From: Folioceros fuciformis | Taxonomy: Eukaryota | Reading direction: 5' to 3' | Assembly (NCBI GenBank): GCA_049999805.1 | Contig: JBNGIO010006345.1 | Span: 1 to 64,000 of the forward strand | Length of the DNA stretch: 64,000 nt | Part shown: positions 25,915 to 39,631 of the stretch, in pieces | How the letters are laid out: each line of letters starts with the position of its first letter | Numbering within the stretch: position 1 is the first letter of the stretch | Notes under the pieces: model-generated | Told to the model about the DNA's origin: nothing | Database searches by the model: none | What the model saw: only the letters and a program-made list of their open reading frames with translations | Made by a program: the position numbers and the translations under genes

Positions 25915-27290
25915 AATGGAAGTCAAATGTAAAGGCTGCGGGGAATGTGCAGTATTGGCCTGCATTGCCAATGTGATTCATTTTGGTGTTTGGTTGTCGG
26001 GCATAAGAGTTCTGACTTCGGCGTAACTACTCGGTGTGTCCTCTCCAGAGCACTAAGAGGTCACGTTATGCTTTGAGACCCATGACAGGTTGGACAACCT
26101 GATGTTTATCTGTGGAGCTTAGCTGGTCTCAGATATATATATAGGTTCTCATAGAATATGTGCATAAATCCATCCAGTAGTCAGCAATGGAAAGTGCCAT
26201 CAGAAATGATGGAAGGCCCACAGAAAAAATGTATGGTGCCTGTTAAGGCAACGGGTTTGTCCTGCCTGTCTTGTTGTAGGTTTGCTTTCGAGTAGGCCAT
26301 TGAATTTGTAGGGGTTGGATGTTGGATTTATGGAGCGGATGTACATGGGACATTGTGGACGGCCGCATTGTCAATCAGCAGACAGGCTCACTATGACACA
26401 GGATTACGGTGTGCTAAGTGCGGCTCGTTCCCTTATGGACAGAAACCTTCGTTCTCGGATGCTACGTGGAAACTGCTATTGGCTTACGCCAGTTGGCTAT
26501 GGAAGGAACAGCTGACCAAGTCAGACGCTTTCTTCTAACTTGGATGAGAGGTTGATCAGGTCATTCCAGGGCGCGTGTTGGCCGTCAAACAGCGGAGAAT
26601 CATTTTAACTAGTCCAGTCGTGGAGGCTCCATTCCATGCGAATCAAGTGGTAGGAACATGGTGAACAGATATTTTCAACGGCCATGAACGTGCAGTTTTG
26701 GGTGGTGGGTTTTTCTGGCTATTCTACCATCCCGGGACATTTTCTTTGTCAGTATTGTGCTTGTTCACGGGTGCTCTGTCTTTCTCATGCTTTATAGTTC
26801 TGGAGAAGTACGTTTCCCTTTTGTTGCAGTCACTCTGTATACTACGAGATTCCTGGAGACGCCTCCGGCCGCATAGTTTTCCTTTTGTAGGAATTGCGTT
26901 GTGCGTGATCTGGCGAAAATTGTTAGTGGCTAGGAACGTCCTTGCCCTGCCTTCACAGAGCAGAAGGTTGTCTAGGTGTTTTGGGCTTGGTTCAAGGAAA
27001 CGGCCAGCTGAGTGGATGATGCCTTGGTTCCCTGCAAACATCCATGTTATCAATAAATGTTGGTATGCTATTACGCCACAGAATGCCCTTTTTTGAAGTA
27101 AATCCACGAAACCTTCACGTTGTTATTCGGTTAACCTTCCCTTCACTGTAACAGGGACCAGCAAGCTCGCAAACGAAGATCCCCGCGACTTGTTTTGACG
27201 TCTGTCAACTTTAGCAGACACTCATGAAAATAGCGGGTACCTCTGGATTGGGGGAGAAGTTTTAGAGTCGCTGGATAACCGCCGGAGGAG

Positions 27291-27433
27291 GTGTGAGAGT
27301 GGCAGGAGAACTCCCAGTGATGTGTGAGAGTGGCAGGATAACTCTGAGAGAGGTGTGACAGTGGCAGGATAACTCTGAGAGATGTGTGACAATGGCAGGA
27401 TAACTTTGGGGTGGAGGGAGGTGTGAGAGTCAC
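27291..27433. repeat. 31-bp tandem repeat (GTGTGAGAGTGGCAGGATAACTCTGAGAGAT-like), ~4 copies
   Basis: Read directly. Confidence 0.88.
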
Positions 27434-29917
27434 AGCTATGCAAGGAATCAACCCAAAAGCATAGATCAGTGCTTCATAGATCAAGCTTCATTGCCGACAT
27501 CATTTGGTAGGCATGCTATACATCTGGAATCTGAGAAGCACATGGACTCCATATTCTTTGTCACATGGTTGACTATATTTCACATTGCCAATTTTTGTAC
27601 GTCTCCTGCTGTTGTAGGAAGTAGAGTTGTTGTCATCAAGGTTTTGAAATTATCTTCTCTTCTTCCTACAAAGATGGCTTTATGTCTTGAACATTGGGTG
27701 ACACTTGCTACTGCCTCCATAATTGAAGTATCATAACTTGATTATTTTGCTCAACTTGCTCCTCCTCTGGTTGTGATAGTTTCAAACCTCCACTTGTGAT
27801 AGTTTAAAATCCTAACAAGACTCATGTTCCTCACTCACGTGCGATAGACTCAAACCCTAATCTGAATTCTTGCTCCTCCTCTACTTGTAGTAGTTTCAAA
27901 CCCTTATAGGAATCTTGCTTCTGCTTTTGATAATTTGAGAAGTGAAGATAATACTACTATGCCCATGATAGTTTTAAAAGTGAAGAGAATCCTGCTCCAC
28001 TTTTTATAGTTTCAATCAATTATCACTCTCTTCAACGTTAATGATGTTTTTACTTTGATCAGTGTAGGTAAAAATAATCAAATCTAGCATAAGAGAATCT
28101 TGCCTCACATCTCTAATAGTCTAAGAAGAGAATTTTCAACTTGAATGTGCTTCCACCTCATCATGTTTAAGACTTATGGAGAGGAGAAAATGCCTTGGTG
28201 ATTGAGGACCCTTCACTCCTTGTGAAACTATGAGAACTCGAAAAGGATTTTCTTCATGTTGTAAAAGGCTCTCAAACTATAATATGTAGTGAAGTGAGAT
28301 TGCCATACAGTTGTGAAAGGTTTTAAACTATCAGAAGAAGAGCATAATTCTCTTTCAGTTATTTTGAAACTGTTAAAATTCAAGTAGGATTTTCTTTAGG
28401 TTGTGAGATTATCAAAAGCGGAGTAGGGTTAGGCTGTGAAACTATTAAAAGCAAATCAGGATTCTCTTGAGGTTCAGAAACTATCATGTTGTGAAATTAT
28501 CACAAGCAAAGCAAATTCTCTTCACGTTGTGAAACTGAAAAAAAGTAAGGCCTAACCATTTCTCGAATAGATTCCCAGCTTAAGATAAAAATAAATTTAC
28601 AACATATTTGATGGCATTTAATGAAATATAAATTACATATATTGAACACGGAGGAGTCCAGGTAGCAGCGTAGGAAACGTTGTCCCTCAAATGAGTGCAG
28701 CCAGCCGTGAGTACGGGTACCGCTGTTGCTGAATGCATTCAGACTGGTGGTCTGCCTCAAGTGAACGGTGGTATAGCAGCGTGTAATTCAAAGGAACCAG
28801 CCTGACTGACACCCTCACGACAAACATTCATGAATCAGTGTCACACATCCTGTCACAATGATTACAGGGAAGGCTTCCAACAAAACAATCAACAAGCTGC
28901 AGAGAAAATTTAGTGTTGAAATCAATGGTCCACACTTGAGAGAGATCATAATTTATGTTTCCATCCTCGCCTTGTCCACAAAAGATCACCCACCCCATCT
29001 GCCCATGCTTGCCGCAGCCTATGAACAACCAGGTGCAGATTCCTTAGATATCCTGCAAGAAAACGCTACAGCTACAGCTCTTAACACGATTAATGCGAAT
29101 GCCCTGATCGCGGGTGTGCACAGCGAGGGCTTGGACAAAGGCCCTTGTCATGGATGGAGAAATGGAGCAGGGGGCCTGGGGCTGATCTCAGGCAACTATG
29201 TGTCTGCTTGCCTTCTGCTCCTCGTCCTCCTCCACCTCACCCTACATCAGCCAAGGCGTTCGAAGGAGCCCGGGGAAGAGGGGGGTGGCACTGGCTGAGG
29301 ACGCTCTCGGCTCCTGAAGGTGTCGATGCGACAAAGCCCTGTGCCCTAGAGATGGGAAGGAAAGGGACATGGCGAAGATGCAGAGGCAGGGAGGGAAGGG
29401 CGGGCAGATGCGTAGGAGGTATCGACCGAGGAAGAGGGAGGAGATCTAAGTATATACACGTTCAGCCGTGCAGATTAAAAATATATAAAATACAACAAGA
29501 AAGGAAGTCAAAACAGAGTTTTCTTTCCAACCGTGCGCGTTGGTACACTCCGTAGACACACAGTACAATTAGGTCAGAAAGGCTCGCAACTCCAGAAGAC
29601 CGTGCGCTCGAATGGGAATCAAGCGATGTACACAACTTGCGCCCCCATTGATCGACCCGACACCAACGCACTACATTGGCTGAAGCTGGAACTGCAGACA
29701 TGTGGCAGACCATCAGCCTTTTCCTGCTTTTACTCCACCACATGACATCATCCGAGCATCACTTACATCACAGGCAGCCACACAGCTTAAATCACGGCGG
29801 ACAGCGCGAGGCATCGCCTTGTAACAATTAGCTGGATGAATACTCGGAGAAAAGAGTTGCGAGAGACGGTGGGTGAGGCAATACAATGGAGAGCCCTGTC
29901 TCCACAAAGCACCGGCA

Positions 29918-32900
29918 CTAAGCATGGTACATGTACAGGCTGTTCGAAGCAGCACAAGCTATCACATTGGCTGTTGGATGCCAGGCTAAATGGAGTAGTT
30001 TCGAGGTGAAATCGTACGTCGCTCCGTTCAAATCACTTCCCGGGCTGTCATTTCCTGCTTCCACGTACCACGCAAGACGGCGTTACAATTGATAATAAGC
30101 AACGACAGCATCCGCTCTCACACAAGTCCGAGCGAAAATCCCTCCAGAACACTCTCAGGCAACTCGGTGAAGGCTACTGAAACAAACGTACCTCTACGGG
30201 ATCTGCCACGAGCGAGGTTGGCAAGCCGACTTCCAGTCTTTGTTGAAGCTTGTATAAGCCTTCTTCTGCACATCAAGAAGCACAACGAGACATGAGACGA
30301 CAATGCGGGGGAGCCATCTTTCCACGCAACTAAAGCTGCCATGTTACCTCGTGGGACTTTTGCTCGCTTCAAGCGTCGTTGCCTCCTCACTCCCGGGAAC
30401 AGCACCAAAAACTCGAAACAGGTTGCTGCACGGAAAACTAAGGAGGTTACAAAAGCAGGTGAATGCGCATTCACTAAATATCCATGGGGGGGCCATAGCT
30501 ACTCAAACATGCTGTTAATGAATTCTCTAAACCCTAAACTACACAGAGACTGACCTGTATGAACCTGTTGCTACGCGTAGACCATCTCCACTCAGGCAAC
30601 ACTCAAACTTGTCGAATATAGAATCATTCTCATACAGATCACACAACTACCACGGAACAAATGAAATTCGAAGTAAGTTCCAACTGTGCAAAAAGATACA
30701 ACCTTGCAGAAAGATACTACTTGACAGTCGCTAACACGCTTACGGAATCTGAACAAAAACAATTAAGTTACAAAAAATCTCTTCCGCAGTTATTCACAAG
30801 AATACCTTAGGCCTCAAGTATTCATGAACTTTGAATGTTGCGACTGGAGCAGCTTCCATACTTACATCCCAAAGCTGCAAGCCACTGACAATCTTCAAGC
30901 CTCCAGAGCACAAAGCGACAACTACATGAACAGGAATAAACGCAGCTTACTGCTCATTGAGAGCCATAACTGCACCCATCTCTGGAGCGGCGAGACAAAC
31001 AAGATAGCCACACCCTCTTGGATACATGACCGCCTAAAGTTTCCTACTCCCCATTTACCACTGACACAGAATACCGGCAGATGCAGCTCCAACTACAAGA
31101 TGGCTTACAAACCTTTAGAGTCATGTAGTCCCGACTTAAGATGTATCTTCCTCCTCTGGCAAATTTTATATCTGATATGGAAGCTATGATCTCAGTGAAA
31201 AAGGATCTGGACCCTGGCGCCTCTGGCTCCTCAAACCTGAGGATACGACGAGGCTGGTAAGCAACAACCAAACGAACAAGACATCTGTACCATGAGGATG
31301 CCACACATTTCCAATCACAATCCATCACTGTGCATACACTTTTCAGAGGGGCAACTTACAGCTTACTATGCCTGTCACAAAGAGCAGACTGACGCATGTC
31401 AATCAGACGTATAGTTCCCTTGGAGCTGCTGTAGGCCAGGGTATTACAATGAGAAGGGTGGAACTCAGCAGAGGTTATGACTTCTGCAAAACAGAAAACG
31501 GATGTCAAATCGAGTCAACAGGAGGAACAAGTGGCCTAGCCAACCGCCTCCATTTCAGAAAAAGCAGGCCCATACACCAATGTTTGTGACCAGTCTTATA
31601 TACATCACCCACTCCATACCCAGCTTTATAAGAACGATATGCATGAACAGAACATTTGCATAACCTGCTTGTCATGCGTAGTTCATTGGCTCAATGCGTC
31701 TTACATACCACATAGGACGTGTCAAAACAAACATTGAATACTGCGCAGTCAGCCATCAAACACTGCCAAGCCTTGGTTTCGTTTCCCATCCTCGTCTGCT
31801 TATTAAACAGCTTGCATATCCCAGATTGCTACCTCTAACAGGGCAAAGCAATCCGCTGGACAATGTCCTGCCCCATGCCAGCTCCCAAGGGAATCTATCA
31901 AGCAGCAGTCCCTTGAAGCCTGGACTTAGCATGCAGGGACAGCTTGCAAAATGTTCAAATGCTTGTCAGCTTTGACGCGTGAAAAGCACCTAGAAACAAT
32001 CAGTGAGACCCCACATCATCGACTGCACACTTTTCACCTGCCATACAACATGAACACCGAACACTATCAAGTGTACACAATCCCTCTAACAACCTGTCCA
32101 GCATGTTAGTTATTCAGCAAAAAACAGTGTCGACAGCTGACTGCTCATGTGACGTACACTGGTTATTGGGCTTCTCAAGGAAAGTCTGAATAGCAGAATT
32201 CATGCTGACTCCAAATGATTCGAATCCAGCCATTAGTACCTGTCAAATCCTCCATATTTACGGGCTTGATATCCACAATATTGAAGCTCTGATCGCTGAC
32301 CTCCATGTTCCACAGATTGATCCTCAGATCATCAGCAGAGATATATGTTTCGCAGTCACTGTGTGACAGTGATAAAAATCAAAACGTTAGCACCTCTCAG
32401 CGCCACCTCTCATTATGAGGATGCACATTAACGCTACTTCATGACAGATTTCAGCCCTTCAATGGAGCATATTTAGGGCCAAGCTTGCCATACCTGTTGT
32501 TAGAAATCGAGTTAATGTGATATGCATGGGCATTGGCATAGACCTTCCTACATCTTGGGAAAAAAGCTGTCTCCTGACTCCAGACCTGCTTCATCATACA
32601 ATAAATGTCAAAAAAAGAGAAGCTTCCTCCTCCCCCTCATTGCAAATACTCAAAAGTCTTGGTTGCTGCCAAAACAACGCCGGCGATACTTTCTGCTCAA
32701 GATAACGTAGATGATGACTTGAATGACTCACTGTTGGCAGTCGCAATGAAGGAAAGCCACCAGCAGGGAATACCAAGTCATTACTCAATGGTAAGAGTGG
32801 TAGACGGCTGGGGCTATTACTCAGTGTCCGAGGCCCAAATCCTCGGGGACTTGAGCTACTCCCAATAGAGGCCCCATCACCTATTCTCAGTGAAGGATCT

Positions 32901-34269
32901 ACATTCAAATTGGTAACATTCTTCACCTTCTTCTCGGAGACCTGTAGATTTTGATGATCAGGCCGGCTGACAGGTGTACAGAATCACGTTCAAGCTTGAC
33001 AGAGATGACACAAATCGCTCAATACCTTCCACAACTTGATAGTCTTGTCATTTGTAGACAGGAGAAGCCTAGCACCATTAACTGTCTCACACCACCTGAT
33101 CTTATTAATCTTCTCTTCTATCTCCAAACTCTTGAGATAGTCAAACTGCAGGCAAAGATTACGAGACAACTTAAGAACGCAGCACATCCCAGCTGAAGGC
33201 GCCCCCTCAACATCAGAAAGGCAGCACCAGTGCAGTCAGAGAAGCAGGTCCAACCTGACAGGCACAGCATAATAGGACTTTACCTCGGGCTCGTGACTCT
33301 GAAATTCCGTTGAATACCGGTATTCTGGATGCCTCACAATTGGAACATCCGTTCGCTCTAAATCTCTTCTTGGGCGAACCTGCAAACCAACCACGAAGTG
33401 TTGGACGAGTCCAATCTACATCTCTTGCTCCACCAGACTAGCTTGCGATCCAAAGTTAAAGAGCTTACATCTCTTCCATCAATTCGTTCGAACAAAACTA
33501 CTCTGCCACCTCTGTCCCCGGTTGCCAAATGCTCGCCGCTTTTGTCAAACTCGATAGCAGAGATGATATCAACTGCACGGGAAAAAAAAGAAAGAGACGA
33601 CAATCAGGCAGCTTAGAGAAAGACCCTTACAACAGTCATTGTCGCCGCAGAGCTCTATTTGGTCCGGCATGCAAACAGCTGTAGTGCTCCAGACATGTAA
33701 GTCTGAGGGGAAAACGATGGCATCCCTGGTAAGACATCTGGTGAGCTCAAATCCACAATGCAGCTTACGTTCACCATCAACGTACAAGGACAAAACATAG
33801 CACTGCGACTGAGACAGCAAACACAGTCGTGACAACGCCACCGTGCCTAGACCGAAGCACAGATAACGACGTGTCGAATCAGTTGAGGCGACAGAGGTCC
33901 ATTTCAGGAGGAGTTGAGAAACGAGGAAAAGAGACACAACATTCATTGAGGGGATGCACACACAAGCATACCCAGCACCCCACCTCAGACGAGGGGAAGT
34001 GACGTGATCCGCAGGCAGATCCGCACTGGCCAGACTACTGATGACAAAGGTGACGGGCAGAAACAGGGGAGGAAGGGCTCAGTGCGAGGCCACATTGACG
34101 AGATCAGGCAAGGGAGTAACAGGGCAAGGCGTCCAGAATGCATACCCTCCTGCACCTCTTCATCGGCAGCGCGCTCACCGAAAACTTGAGAGAATTTCCA
34201 ATCCAGAATAGCTTGGCCTGGACCCCCCCCTCCTGCAGGCACCGCCCCTGCTGCACCCGCAGGGATCAT
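29918..34269 (-). CDS. Protein phosphatase 2A 55-kDa regulatory B subunit (B55); many exons
   Basis: [88 protein letters not shown] and C-terminal [27 protein letters not shown] (stop at 29918-29920). Confidence 0.96.
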
Positions 34270-35201
34270 CACTGGGCTGCCGTGGCTGCTCCAAGGGCCA
34301 GCTAATGTCGAAGGCGACGATGCGGGAGCTCACACACCTAACCCCACATTGAGACTCACAGGGCGCGCGCCCCGACAAGCTCATTTAGGTCAAGGCTGCG
34401 GGCACCGCAGATGCAGCAGCAGACGGGGGCGCAGCCGGACTGCGCTCCCCATTCAAGCTGCTGGGCGGCAGGAAAGGACGTCCCGCAGACTGCAGACATG
34501 CCACACTACCGCTTCGTCACTCCACTCAATCACGCAAGCAAGCAAACAAGGGTCAGGCAAGCTCGCTAACTTCACTCACTGCACCTTCTGCCTCCTTCTC
34601 TTCTCTTCTAGCACTTCCTGCTGCTGCAAACTGCCTCTCCCTAGTTGCCTGCTTGCGCCCTGGCCGGCCTTGCTTCCTTCCTTCCCTGGCTCGCTCCTTC
34701 TTCCCTGCGCCTCCTTCCTTCCTCCCTTGCTCACCCCTCCCAGGCTCGCCTTTCCTGCTTCCCCTTGCGACAGCTCCCTCCTCCACTCCCCTCCCCTCCC
34801 GTGCCTGCCTCTTCCTCCGTCTTCGCTGGCTCCACTTCTGGAGACCGTCTGGGCTTACCTATCGCAGGTCGACTCGCAAGCACCAGTTTCACACAGTAAG
34901 CTCGCTCAGTTATTTCCCTCGTTTCCAGTTCATTTCAATGCACTCCATTGCGCAGCCAAGGGAACGTGCGCCCGTTCCGTTGCGACAGTGGACGTCGTCT
35001 AAAATTCGGCGTTTAACTCGAAGCGATTCTCGAGTCAGTTAACCTTGCTGGGAGAACGTTTTACAACATGTCCGTTGGCAGTGCGTGTGCGAGACGGATG
35101 GCCCGTTATCCTGCGGGCGTGCGTCGGTGCGGTGCATTCAGTTCAAGCTCGGGCTGGGTGCAACCACTCACGGTGAGACGTCTCGTGAATCGTGTCACGA
35201 C

Positions 35202-36718
35202 TCACCGGCCGGACTTGGAACGAAGTGCCTCGTATGAATCCATCACCTCCCTGAATTTGTGTTCTGACTCGACTGTCATCAGCAGCAGCAGCAACGCACA
35301 CAATCCCGACTCATGAGAGACATAATGCATACAATTCTCTAACACTGCAACGACTGGACTGGGACGCAAAGATGACAAGGATTGAGTAAAATCACCTTTG
35401 CGGTTCAGGTTTCGGTCAGGATGATGTAACTTCGCTTTTTCTCTGAACGCGGCCTGTGCATGCAAGAGGTGGGCCAACATCATGCACCACAGACCTGCAG
35501 TCTGGAATTGAGCGACCCGTGTAAGGCATGCATACACACCTTGAGTTCTGCGTCAGAATATGGCTTCTCCCTCCTCCTGCAACACCAGCACGCTGTGGGC
35601 TTATCGTTGTGATGGACATTATTGCCAATACATGAGCGGGAAGCTCGGTGTGCATGCGGGAGAAGTTGGGTGTGGATGCTCATGAGTCAAGTCAAAAGAG
35701 GGGAGGAGAGTGGCACGTACGGATCAAGGCCCAACACCTCGAAATGGCGGAGCAAGCCAGTCCGTCTCAGAGCCTGGGACCTTGGAGTCCAAGCACTCCT
35801 GCTTCTATCATGTGAAGCATCCCGTTGCTGCCCGCTGCTCCAGTCTGACGTCGGATGTTCCTCCCACCTTTCGTATGTTCTCGCCTTCTGAGCCTTTCCC
35901 CGATGGAATGCCTGCTGCATCCGCCGGATTCGTTCCTGCAAGCAAGGCGCCAAAGCTCCGGACATGTCAGCATTGCATGCAACCATTTTCGTACAAGGAC
36001 TGAGGTTTGCGTCTACTCCTTCCAGCTTATCTATCTGCCACCTTTCTCAGTTCCTCCTCGATGTACGCATCCCAGTACTCTTGGGATTGTGTAGACCCTA
36101 CTCCTCCATCTCCTTGGCTACTGTGACCCTTCCATATCAAACGAATCAACTTCAGTAGGAGTCACCATCAACAGAACTGAACATCATCAATTCAAGCTAA
36201 GCTAAGCTGAGCAGGAGAAGCATTCCAAGTACCTGACGATACACCCGGCTCGCTAGCCGCCTACGGATCGATCCTAACTGCGTCAAAAGCTCCAGGAGCA
36301 GATTAATATCACTGACCGATGTTCCAGGAAGACGAAGAGAGCATGCTGAGGGTACTCACAGCCAAGGCTGCCACGATGAGAGCTGCCAAGCCCAATCCAG
36401 ATCGACGCACCCCGCCAGGACCTTCTTCGTCCTTTACTTCATCCTTCGTCATCTTTGTCCAGGCCCCTCCCACCCAAGTTGCTACAGCATCAATCACTGC
36501 AGGCTCAATTCCGGCATCGCCAAGATAGAATCCAGACTGAAAGGATAAGTGTACATAATTCGCACAGCCCGTCTAACCAGCGAGCACTTCGGGAGCCCAG
36601 AGGATGAGTCTCTGCACGCGGAATTCATTTCAACCTCCCTCGCCTCAACTTGTACCCTGCTTGGCACATGCGATGCGCTTGACGCGAAATGCTGGCGCCA
36701 TGGAAGGGAAGCAGGCAT
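35202..36718 (-). CDS. Type-III J-domain (DnaJ) protein with a predicted TM segment and C-terminal J domain; 5' end uncertain
   Basis: Spliced exons give HFEVLGLD|...KPYSDAELK|AAFREKAKLHHPDRN|...KFREVMDSYEAL with the HPD motif; upstream hydrophobic exon LGLAALIVAALAVSTLS. Confidence 0.82.
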
Positions 36719-36881
36719 CAGGAATTTAGGTCTGTCATCCAATCCCTAAACCCCCGGGAGGATGCAAGCCCCTTCCATCTCCTCTCCGGTGATTCCTGGA
36801 AGCCGGGACTGTTTCACACTCCTGCCAAAAGGAGCAAGATGATCAGCCCGTTTGTGGGTCGGTCAACTTTTTCTTCTCCAA

Positions 36882-39631
36882 ATGAGAAAAAGTGGCTCAG
36901 TTGTCTCGCGGAGTGTCCTGATTGACGGAGCCATAAACCTGTACACAAGAATATTGAGCTTGGAAGGCAGAGTGGAGTTTCCCGCATCTGGAAGGTGGTT
37001 TTGTTCCCTAGCACTAGTCACAAAGTTTCCGTTTGCATGCACAACTGGCTCGCGCGCTGGTGCGGACGTTTTTGGCAGGTAGGTACTGCATGATCTGTGA
37101 CCAAAAACCTTGCCATCTTTGTTGGAATCCCTTGGCTGGTGCTTGCCCAACACTACCCCTTTGGCTTAACCGTTGGCACATCTGTGACACGAGTGAGTCC
37201 ATGCAGGGTGAAGAGGAGTGATTGTGCTGCAAGGCCTCAAACACATGACGAACTTACGGTGGTGGTGGATCGCATGGGGAACGGAGGGTGGTATGTCCCA
37301 ACGGTCTTGCTTTATCTTCTTCTGAAGGAGTGCACTGTCAGGAAAGATGTACTCGTTGGGAGGCGAGTCCATGCCCTTGTCGTGGACAGTGGGTACGAGC
37401 TGAACAGAATTTTAGCCAACCACGTAGTGCGGATGTATGCTTTCAATGGGGATCTGTTGAAAGCAATGGAGGCTTTCAAGAAAGGTCCTGAACCCGACAC
37501 TTTTATGTGGGAGTCTATAATATCAGCCTACGGTGAACGTGGACAAGCAGAGTTGGCTGTATATCTGTATCAGCAGATGCGTCTGACCTCTGTCCAACCA
37601 AATGACTATATTTTTGTATCAGTACTTAAAGCTTGTGGTAGTGCCGCTGATTTGGCGGCTGGCAAACTTGTCCATGCTGATGTTGTGCGTTGCGGGCTTG
37701 AGTCCAACGTTTTTGTTGGAAACAGCGTGTTGGACATGTTTTTCAAATGTGGGAGTGTGGAGGATGCTCTGAGAGTGTTTCAGAGTATGCCGAGCAAAGA
37801 CGTTGTCACCTGGAATGTCATGATTGCAGGATACTCCCAACGTGGACACGTGGAGGAGGCCGTCCAGCTGTATGTGCACATGTTAGGCAGCTGTCTTGTA
37901 CCGGACAATGTTACATTCGTGTGCATCCTGAAAGCTTGTGTAAGCGCAGGAAGAATACAAGAGGGCAGGCTAATCCACACCCAAGTCCTACAGTATGGAC
38001 TTGAAGCTCATGTACGTGTTGGAAGCATGTTGGTGGACATGTATGTGAAATGCTCAAGCCTGGAGGATGCTTGCAAAGTTTTTCTCAGATTGCCGAACAG
38101 GAATGTAGTTACATGTAATGCCATGATTGCAGGATGTGCTCACCATGGCCTCGATTCAGAGGCCCTTCAATTGTACATCAGCATGGAAGAGGACGGAATG
38201 AAGCCAGACCAAACTACATTCATTAGCATGCTGAAAGTGTGTTCCGGCCTAGGAGCTTTGGAAGAAGGCAGGCGAATTCATACTCACATCTATCAACAAG
38301 GGCTGGAAGAAGGTATGCTCGTTGGAAGTGCTTTGGTGGACATGTATGCAAAATGTGGGAGTTTAGCGGATGCGGGTTGGGTGTTTGACCGATTGAAGAG
38401 TAGAAACGTGGTGACCTGGAGTGCCATGATTTCAGCATACGTTCAGCAGGGTTTTGGTCAGGAAGCCCTCAGGTTGTATGAAAGGATGCAGGAGGATAAT
38501 ATTCTGGGCAATAGCGTAACATTCGTGAGCCTCCTGACCGCTTGTGGTGCCACTGGTGCGTTGCAGGAGGGTAAAAGAATTCACGAACATATCCTGGAGA
38601 GAGGACTGGGAGCAGATGTGTGTGTTGGCACTGCACTGGTGGACATGTATGCTAAATGCGGAAGCCTGGAAGATGCCTGTAAAGTGTTCAAGGGACTGGC
38701 ATGCAGAAATGCAGTGACGTGGAATGCCCTCCTGAAAGCATATGGCCAGCACAACAATCATCACATGGTTGTGCGATGTTTTGAGGAGATGCAAAGCAAT
38801 GGAGCGAAGCCCGATTCGGCAACCTTCACCTGCCTCCTGACAGCATGCAGTCATGTTGGATCAGTAAATGAGGGCCGGCACTACTTCTCGTCCATGGAAC
38901 GTGAGCATGGCGTGGTGCCGACCCTTGAGCACTACAACTGCATGGTTGATATCTTGTGCAGGTTTGGGCACCTGGATGAAGGCAGAAAGTTGCTGGAAAC
39001 TATGCCGCATGAGGAAAACAGTGTTGGCTGGAATGCTTTCCTCGCTGGCTGCAAGATGCATGGCGACATGAAGTTAGCCGAGGTGGGCTACAATTGGCTC
39101 ATCCGAAATGCGCCACAACATGCCTCGGGGTATGTCCTCATGTCAAGCATGCATGCTGAGACTGGCGGGTGGGAGCACGTGGATTGCATTGACAAGCTTA
39201 GAGTACGTGCTGGCGCTGAGAAGAAGCCTGCAAATGCCCTGATTGAATTGAACAGCAAGGTGCAGGCGTTTACTGTTGGTGAAAGCATGGATGACGCAGG
39301 TGCCAAGCTAAGGAGTCTCAGCACACAGATGAAACAGGGTATGGGCCACGTTATCCAGCAGGCTGGCGACCAGAACGATAATTTGCCCTTCAAGGACGAG
39401 AAGGAAGATGCTCTGTGCGGACATGCTGAGAAGCTAGCTGTGGCCTCTGGCCTGCTAAATACCCAGGAAGGAACTACTTTGCGACTCATAAAGAATCTCC
39501 GGATGTGCAACGACTGCCACAAGGGGACGAAAGTACTTTCCCGAATCGAGAGGCGAGAAATCATCGTGCGAGATGCGCATCGTGTTCACCACTTCAAGGA
39601 TGGATTATGTTCCTGTGGTGATTACCATTGA
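36882..39631 (+). CDS. PLS-class PPR protein with E1/E2 and a DYW:KP-type deaminase-fold domain ending DYH; probable intron 37079-37206
   Basis: P-L-S triplets, KKPANALIE, HAEKLA, CNDCH, CSCGDYH. An upstream ATG at 36882 joins in frame through a GT-AG intron. Confidence 0.93.
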
